Numbered from the stretch's first letter, positions 13,301 through 26,460 are shown. The stretch: DNA of 64,000 nt from Pelomyxa schiedti (GCA_020536535.1 JAHLWZ010000518.1:62001-126000); one strand, 5' to 3'. The notes: generated by a model not told the origin, from the sequence alone. Made by a program: numbers and translations.

Positions 13301-16149
13301 CACCGCCACATTTTGAAGTTTTCTCATTCTGCATAAGAGAAATTGCTCTGGCAAACCAAGCAACCAATATTTATGAAAACTATATTGAACTTGCCAACGA
13401 AGCTCATTTGTGCCCCCTTTGTGAACGCCCTTTTGAAACACCTAAAAACTTTACTGACTTTGTGCAAAAGGTTTACATTATAATATGCACTCAGTGTTCA
13501 CTTTTTTTTTTAGCTGCATCAAATAAAAGAGCAAGCACCGAAGTCAACACAAGACAAAGAAGTGGAGGTTACTGAAGCTGAAAGCAGACTAGCACTGCTG
13601 AAAGGAATGAGGACACCCTGGGAGAATGCCAACAGGTTTCATACGACGCTCTTTCTGGGTCCAACAAATTTAGGTTGCACAACACTGAAATCCCAGAATT
13701 AAAAGCAGCCCTCCAACGAAACGAAGCCGAAATAAAGCTTGCAACATCTGATTTGGAACGGGTATTTTCTTCCACACTTTTTGGAGTATTCCTTGTAACT
13801 GTTACAGTTAACTGCGGAATTAGCTACTATCACTAGTCAAACTCAACGAATTACTGCTGTTTTTGGTGAAACTCAGGAAATTTGCCGATTGTTCATTGAT
13901 GTATCCACTGTGAGTGCTTGCGCACCTATCTACACCTGACCTCCCAAATTAGGCTGATAAAGATCTTCAAGCAGAGGAAGCTAAACTTAAAGAAACTTCG
14001 TCTGATACAAGAACTCTAGAGGAATTAAGTGCTAGCTATGAAAAGAGCCAAGCCAGAAGGTTTCTTTTCCCCTCATGTTTTTGCAGTGACTCACAAGCAC
14101 AGTCTTGACACAAATAACAAGATTGATAACTTGAGGAATATGTGTACCACAAAATCAGCAGAAATATCGGAGTAAGCCGGTTGTTTCAAACACAAGACAC
14201 TGAAATGACTTAGATGCGAACAAAAAATATCTGCATTAAAAGAAGAAGCCCTTAGACTTCAATCCACCAAAGATACCATTACACGGTTGCAAAGTACCCA
14301 GCAAGAGATATCCGGTGATATCTCAAGGCTTGGCAAAGAATGTTATGTAAGAGTTCTTCGGATCAACAATAGTGTAATTCTCTCAAAGGAGGCAGAGAGC
14401 GGAATAGCTGAGAAGTCGGAAGAAATTGAGAGTATATGAACCCTAATTTCTTGTACTCAAGTGACACTCCCATAGCTCTGACGAAGGAGAAGGAAAATTT
14501 CCAGGCCGAAATCTCACGAACTGAAGAAGAGCTACTGAAAAAAAAAGATGCGTTTCAACAAGTTCTTGGAAGATTACAATCACTAGAAAAGCTTATTACC
14601 AAGTACAGCACGTTTACCTTATCTCAGTAAAATCGAAGCCAACAGTCACTAATACCATGAAGGGATTCTGTTGCGCAAGCATCACTTAAACAGTTGGATC
14701 AGAGCTCCAAGGATTTGTCTACCGATCTGGAAAATAACGAGAAAGAACTTAATGCTATCATAAGTCGCCTATCCGCCGCTGAGCAAGGAACTGATGAACA
14801 AGAGCGTTACAAAGTAAGCCCTCCGTTCTCTTTTTTTAATTAACCACCCCGTCAGAGAAATGTATCATTGAATGTCCGTTTACGTGGCATCAGACGTGAT
14901 ATAAAAGCGGTTGAGGATAAGGTTTGGTGCAATGACTCCGTCATCTCGTCACGTTTATTCAGATAAGATCAACCGAAGAGGAGATGTCCAAGCAAATTGG
15001 AAGGGACAGCATTGATTCAGAGATAGAACAATGCGAAAAGAACCTGAGCAAGGCCAATAGTAACGTTGGTCTTTAAATTCCATTTACCTTCATCTTACAT
15101 TGAATTCATACAGTATGACCAGCTCCAAGGCTCCTTGGTATGGCACGCCCTCACTTGTTGGTTACATAATACACTTCTCACCTTTCAAAAGAAAACACTT
15201 CAAGAGAACTTGAAACAAATAACAGCCGACTTAAGAAAGCCATCACTACAGCACGTAGATGAAGAGTACAAAAACATGCTAATCAAGCACAAAGTCCGCT
15301 CTTTCTTTCTCTACGTTCCCAGTGGTGGTGGCACTTAAATTTTCTTTTACAGACAACAGAAGTTGCACAAGGAGACCTTGACAAATATTACAAGGCACTC
15401 GATGCGTATGTGCCAAGAAGTCACTAGATATAGAGCCCAACTCATTCCCAGGGCACTTATGCGATACCACACTTTAAAAATGGAAGACATAAACAATACC
15501 ATGAGGGAGTTGTGGCAGTCCACTTACCGCGGCAATGACATAGATGCCATTCAAATAAAAACCGATATGGAGTCAGACTCAAAAAAGAAATCCTACAACT
15601 ACCGAGTAAGCCACAGTGTTTCCACTATTACACTCTCACCCCACCAATTTCAAAACTTAAAAGGTTGTAATGGCAAAGGCAGGGGTTGAATTAGACATGG
15701 CAGGAAGGTGCAGTGCCGGACAGAAAGTATTGGCGTCATTGATAATACGGATGGCCTTGGCTGAGACATTTTGTGTGAACTGCGGCATTCTGTCCTTGGA
15801 TGAGCCAACAACCAATTTGGACAGGTAATCACTAGTCAGCCACCACCATGGGCAATATCGCAACTAACACCCCAACACAACCAGACGTAATGTGGAGAGT
15901 TTTGCGGCGGCCATCTCCCGTATCCTGGATCGCAGACACAACCAAGCCAGCTTCCAGCTCATTATCATCACACATGATGAAGAGTTTGTTCAACTCCTGG
16001 CGAGAAACCAGTACGCCAACTGCTACTGGCGGGTCTCAAAGAATGCCAAGTGAGTTGTTCCCCACACAAACGTACATAATACCAATCTAACTTCGATCCA
16101 CAGTGGCCACAGCACCCTCGAGATGAAGGACTTCAAAGACTTGGTTTAA
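10390..16149 (+). CDS. RAD50: DNA repair protein RAD50, about 39 introns
   Basis: Spliced: IQGIRSF, Walker [17 protein letters not shown], zinc hook CPLCERPF (about 13411), signature [17 protein letters not shown] and IIITHD. One open frame reconstructed across all exons. Confidence 0.97.
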
Positions 16150-16466
16150 TTTTCCTTGAATGGTGTAAAACAATTTTCAACAACAGATTGTACTTTTTAC
16201 TGGAATCTGTACTGGATAGAATAATTCCGGAAAGAAAAAGCGATTCAATGTATTTTGAAACAGGAAACTGTTAGACCTAATAGTCAATTCGAATTTTTTA
16301 TGGTTTTTTGTGTTTGTTATACATAGTTGTAGCACTGGATAATTTTGAAAATATGTATTTTGTATACAGCATGGGAGAGTTTTGTGCTGTACTGGGACTT
16401 TTTCTATGGTGTAATAAATTGTTGTGGCAATACTTTTGAAAGGTGATTTCAACAACCATGCTGAAA

Positions 16467-16748
16467 GCACGGAAGTTTTGTATTTTCAACCTTCCTCAGT
16501 CTCAGTTCTGAATGGGAACCAGGGGAAACCTTGACCACAACCTCAAGCTACTGATTCCCCCCTGGTTGCCTGGAGTCTGAGGTTTGGACACCAAGAAAAC
16601 GAATTTTGATACGATTTTCGGCACTCTTAGTTTGACCCCCAAATAATAGTGGAACCATCGTCCCTAGTTTGAGCAGTCGTGAAAATGTCCGCCATTCCTT
16701 TATTGTAGCGAGTTCCGATCGCTTTCCGTGTGGTGCTGTGCTTTTTTT
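16467..16748. ncRNA. Candidate structured non-coding RNA, unclassified
   Basis: Nested hairpin at 16494-16582, possible terminal stem 16468-16474/16724-16730 and a T7 run at 16742-16748, inside an unusually long spacer between two convergent genes. Confidence 0.3.
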
Positions 16749-16805
16749 GCCTAGGAGGATGAAATACATTGGAGGTTTTGTTTCGGCGGTTTTTTTTTAC
16801 AACAG

Positions 16806-19224
16806 CTAACTGTAGGGTGTGAGTTCGTGGAGTAAATTAGCAAGGCTTTGTAGAACTTTGCTTGTGTCTGCAACAGGCTTGCTAAGCTCCTAGTGGAAAA
16901 GAAAATTAGCAAGTTGTGCCAAAAAAAAGAACACACCACGGGAGTAAGGGACGGCGTGCTGCCTTGGTGAGGAATGTTCATGGATGATGTGATATTTGGT
17001 GACAGAGTACTGAGAAGCTTGTGCCGCAAATGAACTCTGTCGTTGTGTGCGGAATTAAAACACAGAAAACAGCGGTTTGACTTACAGAAGCTCAGTGTTC
17101 GAGTTCGGCTTCGATAGAGCTTCGGCATTGGAGTTGTGCACTTGGGCAGAGTTTACAAGAGCAGTAGACATTTCTGCTATCGACTTGGTTGTATTCTGAT
17201 CTAGCTTTGGTAATGAAAAGAGGATTCAAAGAAGATAACATCTAAATCAATAATAGGACTGGATTGAATAAAGTACTATTTCCAAAGAGAATGGCTTTCA
17301 GTGTAGACAGTTTAGCAGCGGCCTCAGGGGAGGGATTTGTTGTGACTGTGAGTCGCTCGCTACTGCCGATCTTGTGAACGTTAGTCCTGAAAAAAAGGGA
17401 GAGTAGGTGCCTGTGGGAACAATATCTCTTGTGCACCAGAAAGCTCCTTGGTAAGAACCGAAGAAAGGTCTATAACACCATTTGTTAACTGTGTCTGCTT
17501 AGAAATAAGTGCTCTTGTCAGTAACAAACGGGCAAATTGCATGTGTTGCTTTGATAGTAACTGGGAAGTTTTGTTTGTTTGTTGGAATGATATTAGTATC
17601 ACTCAGAGGTGCTGAAGAGATCACACCTCAGAAAGGGTATCAGACACTTCCGTTGTTGTTTGTATTTCAGTTTCTTTCGTAGCCTGGATGAGGGGGAAAA
17701 TGAGAGTAGCGGCATTGCTAACTGCAATCTTGTTTATGTGCGAGAGAAGAGAATTCAGTTCTGATCTGGTCTGTTCAATGCTCTGCTTAATCCTTGACAA
17801 CCTTCCAAGCATTACCAAATTTTAAGAGCACCAGAAAATATCACACTCGAGGTCAGAAGGAGGTTCACAATTTCCGTTTAGTTTTACAGATTCGATATAA
17901 GCTGAGTGATGTGATTGCATAATGGCTGATTTTGCGTAATGTTCATAGCTTTGTTCTAATCTTGTGAAGTGAGAAGGAGAATGAGACCGCACTTCAGTCA
18001 CCTTGACTGTAAGCATTGGTAATTCACACACGAACACCTTTTTTCTTTTGTGACTAGGAACGAAATCTTAGAGTTCAACGTTTTATGCGGGGAAATTAAA
18101 CCTGCATATACTGAAGTGATACACTGGGATGCTTCATGAAGAGTTCCTGTCACAGTCCTTTCAAGTTGCAGTACACTACATGACGGCAACGAAAGGTCAG
18201 TAGCTCCTGGCGAAAAAAAGTCAATGAGAAGAAAGTTATGCATTTTGTGTGTAAAGTACTTCCAAACACAAATTGCTGTAAATTTGAAAGATCGGCAATT
18301 ACTCCGGAAATTTGTTCAGACAACTACAAATGCATATGTCAACATAAGGCAATAAAATTGAAGATAAGGCTCACATTATGTTTAGAACACTCAAAATTGT
18401 GTATTGCCTGAGACAAAGGACTTCCGGACCCACCAGTGCACACTCTACTGTTTGATACTTCCTCCAACCGTGAGTGAAACTGTTTTTCATAATCGAGAAT
18501 TGCAGTGAGAGAGTCCAGATCTGCACTGAGCTGTTGATACAGAGAAGTAAGCTCCGCTTCTGCAGTTGTAAGCAGGTCAAGTTGTTCATGCCTACGAGGC
18601 GAAAAACGTTGGACTTGAATGGAAAAGATTTCGTGACGTCAGTACATGGAACTATCCAAGACCGCCTTTTTTACATCTGGGATGTCATCCAGCTCCTGGT
18701 AATTTTTCAACAAAATATACTAGCAAGAGTATGAAGAAAGATGTAATGTTCTATAGTAAAATACATTTTCACTTGGTTGAATCCAAAAACCGAGAAGAGG
18801 AGCAAAAAGTAATGGAAAAAAACCCAACAGCAAGCAGCCCATTGGCCTCAGTTGACGCCGTCCTCGTGGCCCCTCGAGCCTCCAGCCCTCCCTCTCCCTC
18901 CTCATCTCCTTCTCCTTCTCCTTTTCCCTCTCTCTGCCGCCACTGCACCTCCGCCTCCGCCGCCGCAGCCTGAGCATCTGCCTCCTCCCTCTGCAGGGCC
19001 GCCCACAGGCACTCGGCGTCGCCCCCGCCGCCGCCCTGCAGCAGCTCCCCAACGAACTCGCGGGCCACCTCGGCGCTCTCCGCGTGCCCCAGAGACACCA
19101 GCATTGCCTCCAGCCGAGATCGCCGCGGGTCGTCGGGCCCAGCCGTCACCTCGCCTGTGGCAGCGACCTCCCCCACTTCCTCATCAGCTGCTTCACAACA
19201 CCCGACTCCCTCCTTGTCACTCAT
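16806..19224 (-). CDS. Coiled-coil protein, probable augmin subunit HAUS3-like
   Basis: Spliced segment SNAATLIFPLIQATKETEIQ...LLSKQHMQFARLLL...LTKELS follows the spacing of the HAUS3 core (NA..L..P...I...L...Q.A...L..ELS) as I recall it; N-terminal L..LG motif; extended coiled coil. Confidence 0.5.
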
Positions 19225-19335
19225 TTCCCTTCGCTCCTTTCGGTGACGAAAACAAAAACGTATTTTTTTTTGCATCTTCTTACGGGATGTCCATAGGATC
19301 GAAGGCCGCGTGCAATGTAGTGTGGAGTGGATAGT

Positions 19336-21236
19336 TCAGTGTGATGAATTTGTCGTCGATTTGCTAGGTTTAGTCTTCTTCTTGGATTCAGTTGGTGTGG
19401 TTGTTGCTGCTGAAACCTCAACTTGATGCCCAAATGCACCCTCCACTGCAGAACTGCGAAGAAGTTTACCTACTTCAGAGGCAACTGCACTGCTGAGTGG
19501 AGCCGGCATTTTATTGGCCCAAGGGGTACCTGTTAGAAAAACTGTTAGCCCCTCTAGTGGTGAAAAGAAAAGGGAATAACCTGGTAAAGGCATAAAGTAA
19601 TGCATTCTTATGTGGCAGCCCATTGTGACAAGTTCATTTATGAAGGCAAGTGTCATGAACTGTTGATTTTCAGTCTCCTCAGGGGAGCCCAAAATAAAAT
19701 CAACCTTATAGAAATCAATCCATAAAAGCTGGTGATGTGATATTTACCTGGGGAAGCAACCCAGCACCAAGTAGAAGAGAACACGCATTCCTGATGGTGG
19801 CTGATGTGTGACATCTATGCATCCTCTGCAGGACTTCATCTGATCCAGACTGCCCACCAACTGCAACAACTTTTGTGGCGGATTGAGCTAAAATGGCTGT
19901 AGAAAGAAGTTATAAGCTGGTGCAACTTGAAGGTAGATACCAACTGTCTCAGGGGTGACAAACTCAGGGCGTACCTCACTGGGAAAGGATCCAAGATACA
20001 TATTGACGGGATATCTGTTTCCCGTCACACGTGTTTATATTCTGGCTCAGGCACATACTTTTTTACTGTGCTAACAAGTTCTTTCAGTTTGTCTATATTT
20101 GGAGTTCTACCATCTTCAGACATATACCCCAGGCTGCATAGGAAGTGTGTCACTGAAGAAGGTAAAGAAGGGGAAGCGGTGAAGAGGAAACACCTGTTTG
20201 GAGTAATAAATCTTATATCTACAGGAGATGGATATCTACTAACATAGTGCTGAATAATTTTCTCAATTGAGGCAATGGAACGATATCTTATGGTCCCTCC
20301 ATGGAGACCTGAAGTTTGGCAGTACCTTAACCTGTTACTGCGTGTAGACACAAGAGGCCACGCTACCTGCAAGCAAAAGGGCAACCTCTCATTATTTCAA
20401 TGGGAGGATGAAGTGCAGGTTCTTCACAAAATGAGATGTAATCGTCCAACCGCGGGATGAGTGGTGGTGATGGGGTATAGACAATCTGACTGGTGCTTAC
20501 TGATTTGAATGCAATACCAGGGATGGATTCCCATGGGGCACCTATTGCAAGTTAAATTTAAATTGGTGTTGTGAATACTGAAGTACCTTTTGTAACAACT
20601 TTCACTATTTCTCCAATCACATGCTCACCTTCACCACGACCTGCTATGTGGAATCCTAAGTCAAGTGTGTCGGCAGGACAAGCCGTTGGATGAGCACCTA
20701 GATATTTTTGCGGTTATAACGCACCACAGTTAGGAATGCAAACCCCCAGCACATAGAATGATTCTATGTAAGTCAGAGGGGCTCAGGGAGGCCAATATAT
20801 CATTGATTTCCTTTCGGACGAGTTCAAGGTCGCATGACATGAATGAATCAAAGTAGAACACAAATCCCACAGTCCTGAGAAAGCCTCGTCAGCGGCCAAA
20901 CAAATACTGCAACAGGTACGTGGCTAGTGTTTGCTGCAAAAAGGCGACCGGGTTCTTTTTGCACAAGACTACGTGCACATCGCCAAGATCTTTTAGCACG
21001 GGTATCAACGTACCTTAGGGTGCTGTCAATCCAAAACGAAACCAACACAGAGATCTAGGCAACGAACCCCACGAGAAAGTATTCTTCCCATGTCTGAACC
21101 TTGCAACAGCCGTGCACGGCCACACCGCTCGCGATTCTGTCACACAGGAAGATCCAGGTGCAGTAACCTCCGTCGTAGGCACTGTCGAAGAACCAACACC
21201 CGGTACAGCACTCACACCGTCACCAACAGCCGCCAT
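19336..21236 (-). CDS. B12-binding radical SAM protein, prokaryotic MJ1487/TIGR04013-like family
   Basis: Spliced: DSFMS, AGGAHPT, GRGEGE (B12 domain); IEIMRGCPFACRYCQT (CxxxCxxC); DIRFITPN, GSFPSEVRPE, GGQSGSD, DFILGSPEET, HYFMPLPGTP. Confidence 0.88.
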
Positions 21237-21429
21237 CGCCTATTTAAACGAGCTGAATGAACCGAAAAAAGAGCTGAATGATCGTGGGTCTCAAAGACAC
21301 TTGGCAATCTCTCTTCTCTTTATTGTTGACACTTTGGCAGTAGTTCCCGGCGTTGTCACTGTGGTTGAAGGATTCCTGTTAGATCTCCAATCATTTTGTT
21401 AATTTATTTTTCTCCTGTTGGTGTCGGGG

Positions 21430-23783
21430 ATGAGAGCGTTTGGTGCCCGTAAGTCGCTTCAGTTGCAAAGGAAGCAGAGATCCGCACCCAATGAAAATGC
21501 CGTTGCTTCTTCGTCGTTATCGGCGAAGATCCCCTCGTTGTGGTCAATGTGTCTGCGAGCCTGCTGCGCTAAGGACTTTTTTTCCACTCAACAACAACAA
21601 TTGTGTGTGCGCAACGGGCAGTCAATAGAATTGGACTTTGGTTCTCCTCGCTCGTCGGCGGCATCTGCAGAATCAACAACCTTATCTACAGCTAGCAGCC
21701 ACAGCAAAGTGCCTCGTGTATGGCTGTTGGATTCTAAAACCGCCGTGTCTTTGTGGAAAATTGTGTGCCAGAGATTGATTCCTCATCAATTCCAGCTGGC
21801 AACCGGACAAAAAAAGCCCCCGCATACCGGGAGAGTTCTTTTGAGTACGACAAAGCAGGATTCCCCTGTGGAGCCCATTTTTTTGCAATTACCTCCCCCT
21901 CCAACCACGCCATTGGCACCCTCTTTGGTTCCGCTTCCGTCCCTTCTTTTTCATTCGAGTCCCCCCATGGAAACGTTGCACTCACAAAAACCTGACCTTT
22001 CCGTTACCTCACCTCCATCAACTCCCCTTGGGCCTCGTTCACACCCAGAACAGGTCCAGCTTCGCCGCACCCAGTCTGAATCCCCTCCCCTGGCGCAGAC
22101 TCTCCGAAGTAAACCGTTGGTTTCACCTACATCTCCCACTAGATCATACAGTCTTTCCCCTCAGTCCCCAGAGATTTGTAGGTGCCCTGTTACGCCACCT
22201 TCGTCTCCACTCGGTCCTGCAAAAGTCTCATCACCACGAGCCTCCCAATCATTATCTGAAAGAGTGTGTCAGAAATGCAATAAACGTCGTCGCATTTCGT
22301 ACCCAAACTCTCCTACAAAATTCCCGCGATCTCCAACAACTCCTGTCAAACACATTTCCTCTCAATCCAACTCTACAACCTCTGCTGCTGTTAGTGCAGC
22401 CACACCCTCGGTAATAAGGAAACCTCTGATAGATCCAACCACTCCCCTTGATGGCACCTTTCTCACAGTACACTTATTGCCCGGTTTTGCCATGCATCCA
22501 AAGTTCCCACAATTACTGGATCTAAGTGGCTGTCCTGTTAACAACAAGTCACTATTAGTTGTTCTAGGTTCATACTTGCACTCACTTTTTTGTGTTAATG
22601 TCACATAGATTTGAAACTACTTCGAGGATTGAGTCTTTCTCAATGTCGCTTTTTTGACAGTGCTTATCTTGATCGAATACGAGGTTGTGTTCCCTTTTCG
22701 TATGTCAACTGATTGTTATAGATCTCATTTGGCTTGAATGGTTGGACCTGAGCAATACACCCATTACAGATTCGTCGATCCGATTTCTGACAAGTACTTT
22801 TCACATATTTTTATGCAAATTATTTACATGACAAGGTTTGCCACATTTGAAGTATCTTAATCTGGAGAGCACCTCCATCACCGACTGCGGTGTATCAATT
22901 GCCTCAAGTTAGTAACCTTTTTTTTGTGGAACCCGCTTAATATCCGCCCTTAGATATTCTGGATCTTCAATACCTCAACCTCAACAGAACTAAAGTCAGC
23001 AATGAATTTCTAAAGCCAGTTGCTTCACTACCGTCCACGCACTCGGAGTTGGGGTAAGAAAGAATATAAAAAATGGACCGCTTCATCATCGCACAATCAA
23101 AGCAGACTCTCTCTTTTTTTTCTATCATTAAATAGTGCTTGACAGTTCACAGTTTTTCGACCCTGTGGTCCACTTAAACGTGATGTTTAAACACAGAATC
23201 CAGAAGCTTTCTTTGTGCGCCACCAGTCTAACAGATGACTGCATACCATATTTTCAAGGCATCCAATGCTCTTCATTTTCACTTTTTTGTTTTAAATGTA
23301 CTGTAGATTTTACAAATTTGACATCCCTGGAACTTCGAGGGTGTACAATCTCGCAGAAAGGACTTGTTGTGTTACAAAGTATCGAAACAACCTCCAATCA
23401 ATTCTTACAGGGAACCTTACACTCGTTTAGATATTTTCAAATCACAACCCACAACAAAAACTGTAGTTAAATCCATGATGAGCACAATTGGTGGGTTACG
23501 ACTTCGAACCTCACTCTTGCACCGCTAATGCACACAACAGAAATCAGCCGTAACTTTCCATTAAATCTCCAGTGGTGGCAGACCCTCACCTCTGGCTGTT
23601 TTCCCTACGACTCCCTGTGGGACACTGATCTCCTCAAACAAGCCATCTTGTATTCTGACGGTAAGATTATCCCTACTTAACTTTGCTCTAACACAACTCA
23701 CAACAGTAGGACAGCAAAGACTGCACACCGACAAAGGAGAAAAGACCAGTCCCACAGGCACCAACCCCCGAACCAGGCACTAA
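21430..23783 (+). CDS. Leucine-rich repeat protein with long Pro/Ser-rich N-terminus
   Basis: Repeated LxxLxLSxT/C units (LDLSGCPV, LSLSQC, LDLSNTPITD, LNLESTSITD, LNLNRTKVS, LSLCATSLTD, LELRGCTIS) across short exons. Confidence 0.75.
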
Positions 23784-23887
23784 CACTAAACCGTTGGTCC
23801 TCTCAGACTCCAAACAAAAAAAAAAATCCACTTCCTTCTACCCGTGTGTGCCTTACTTAGTACGTGTGCCTATCCCACCCATTACAA

Positions 23888-24838
23888 ATGACAACGATGT
23901 CATCGGCATCAAGCCGCTGTGGTGGCATTGCCGAGCCCACGCCGCACCCGCGCAGCCTTCATTTGCCAACCACTAGTGCTAGTGCCAGTGCCAGTACCAG
24001 TGCCAGTACGGCTGCTGCACCTGTTGTTGCATGTGGCGGGGCACCGGGCTCGCGGGCACAACCGACGGCCACGACGATGAGGGAGTTCCTGCGCACCGAG
24101 CTGTTGATTCTGAAACTCGTGGCTGCTCAGGACAAACTGCATGCAGACCACCTGAGGGTCGTGTACCACAAGAATTCATTCCTGTACTGTGTGTGTCTGC
24201 CCTATAGGCCTATCTGTCAAATTCATTCACTCACTCAATTGCGTGTGGGGTGCATACGTGGGTGGTGTTCAATCACCAGTCCTCTCCCAACTCCTGCCGT
24301 GTTGTGTGTTTTGGCTGCAGAGGGAGGGCTAATGGGTGGTTTCTGCATTGCTAGGGGCGAATAGAGCCGACAGGCTGCGTGAGTTGAGACAATTGAGAGA
24401 GAAGCAACACTTAATGAATGGAGCACCTCAAATGTTGGAAGGTTGGTGGACCTTTCTCTCTCCTTCATATCCCTAATAATTGTGAAAGCTGTATTCTTAC
24501 TCAAAGTTTGTAGAACAGCCTCCATCAGTACAACATACTAACAGCGATACATTGTGTGCCAAATGTGAGGAAGCCATACTGGATAATTATGACGCCAATG
24601 TACCTCCATTTTCTCTTTTTTTTTAGAAGCCTGCATCTTCGACTGACTTTGTTGTAGATGGATAAACTGAGACAACTTAACTCGGTGGTATGTTTCTTTT
24701 TTCTGACCAATGTCTCATCGGTTCTATTTGTAGTTTGAGCAATTTGCAAGCCACACTACAGGCAAAAGACCCCCAGCAGAACAAAGTGGACCAGAAAGGA
24801 ACAACAAGAAAACCAGAGTTGAACAGCGTAATGAATAA
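23888..24838 (+). CDS. Hypothetical protein, multi-exon, basic C-terminus
   Basis: ATG at 23888; later exons splice in frame to ...GKRPPAEQSGPERNNKKTRVEQRNE*. One internal junction is unresolved. Confidence 0.45.
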
Positions 24839-24955
24839 GGAAAATGGTTCTTTTAGCACAAATTTTTATATTGTTGTAATGGTGTGACGTGAATGGTAAT
24901 GGGCCTCAATTCCACAGCAGTTACTATCTCTACCTTAGTAAAACTCCTACCACCC

Positions 24956-25965
24956 TTAGTGGTGGCTTTTGTGAGTGTGGGAGTGTTTGTGACCGGATGA
25001 AGAGTGACGTGAGGATGAAGAGGTTGATGATGCTGTTGTGGGGGTGGCAGGGGAAGAAACGGGTGTTGATGCGGGAGGGGAAACTGGTTGAGTTGCGGTG
25101 GCTGTGGGAGATTGTGTCGGAGTGGCGGGTGTTGTTACAGGAGGAGCTCCCGTAGAGGCTGGAGACCCGGGGGGAGGTGCTGCTCCACCCTGTTGGGCAA
25201 CAGCTTCCTTTAAGTATTCCAGGTGCTTCTCCACTACATCAAGAGTGAGAGGCTCCTCTCCTGGGCTTGGGCTGACGGATACTTCCGTAGGTGCTTTTTT
25301 CCACAAATTAACACTTCGTTGGAGGATTTTGACTGCAAGTGCGTAATTTCCAACTGATGCTGTCAGTACTCCTACATCGACTACTTTGTGTTAAACGCAC
25401 AACCCAACTTTGGTGACATACATATTAAAGGGGCCAAATGAGGTGAATGTTTGCCGTGAACTTGCTCCCATAATGTGAGGGAAGCTTTATAAGCTTGTAG
25501 TGCCTTGGTCAAATCTTGAGCTGGACTGCTAGCCATCATGTAGCCTAGCCCAAGAAGTGCTAAGGCAAGATCCTGTATGACCGATTACGCATTCATATTC
25601 AACCCATTGGGATACGAAACTGTTTTGGGTGCAAAAGGCTTTTCTGCTTCCACCATTGCTTTTGTTAAAGTTTCTTGTGCTTTGGGCCAATTCTTAGCAT
25701 CCACAGCCTTTTTTTTGTTTAGAGAATGAGTCCTTGTAAATGACAGTTGTATTTTTCATCATTATCAGTAAGGGAACCCACATGAAGACCAGTCACAAAC
25801 AACAATGAAGCCGATGACGGTTGAGGCGTTCCAAGCCTCTCTTCTGTGGATACAACAACCAAACTTTCTAAGAGCCTTCAAAGCGTTATTGGCAGTCCAA
25901 TTTGATTCAAAGAGTTTGACTGGAAAGTACCGTATTGGGCTCGAAATAGGGCACTGACTAGTCAT
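24956..25965 (-). CDS. TPR-repeat protein with Pro/Thr/His-rich tail
   Basis: LALALLGLGYMM...KALQAYKASLTLWEQVHGKHSPHLA...GNYALAVKILQRSVNLW resembles kinesin-light-chain-type TPR repeats. Confidence 0.65.
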
Positions 25966-26460
25966 GGTACTAACACGTGTTACAGAAGAACACAACACAA
26001 ATGATGGGGGAAAAAAGGGAAAATACAAACACACGAAACAGGACAACAAACCAACGTGATGAAACGAAGACAAAAAAACGAGAGTGTGTGAGATCTGATA
26101 CGATGATGTCGTAGACACGCGCCAGTGGCTTCCGGTTGTTTCGCCGACAAAATCCCGGCCCTTTTTGGAGTCCTTTACCGGTAAAATAGATCTCGCAAAA
26201 GAACTTTGATTTTTTTCTGTTATGTTTTTCAACCGGCAGTTTCTGCAATTGCGTTAGAACTCAGGATCCCAAAGCAGATGGCGACGACCAGGGACAACTT
26301 GAGTTCGGATTGGGCGGCCAGGGGAGAGCTGTCACCCCTCGACATAATTAAGCAAAAAAAACCCGTGCCGCGCCAAAAAATATCGTCGATGGTTCTTTGT
26401 TATCTTCTACAGCTTCCCGAAAAGCAAAATTCAGCGCCACACAAAAGAAAAAAAAACAAG

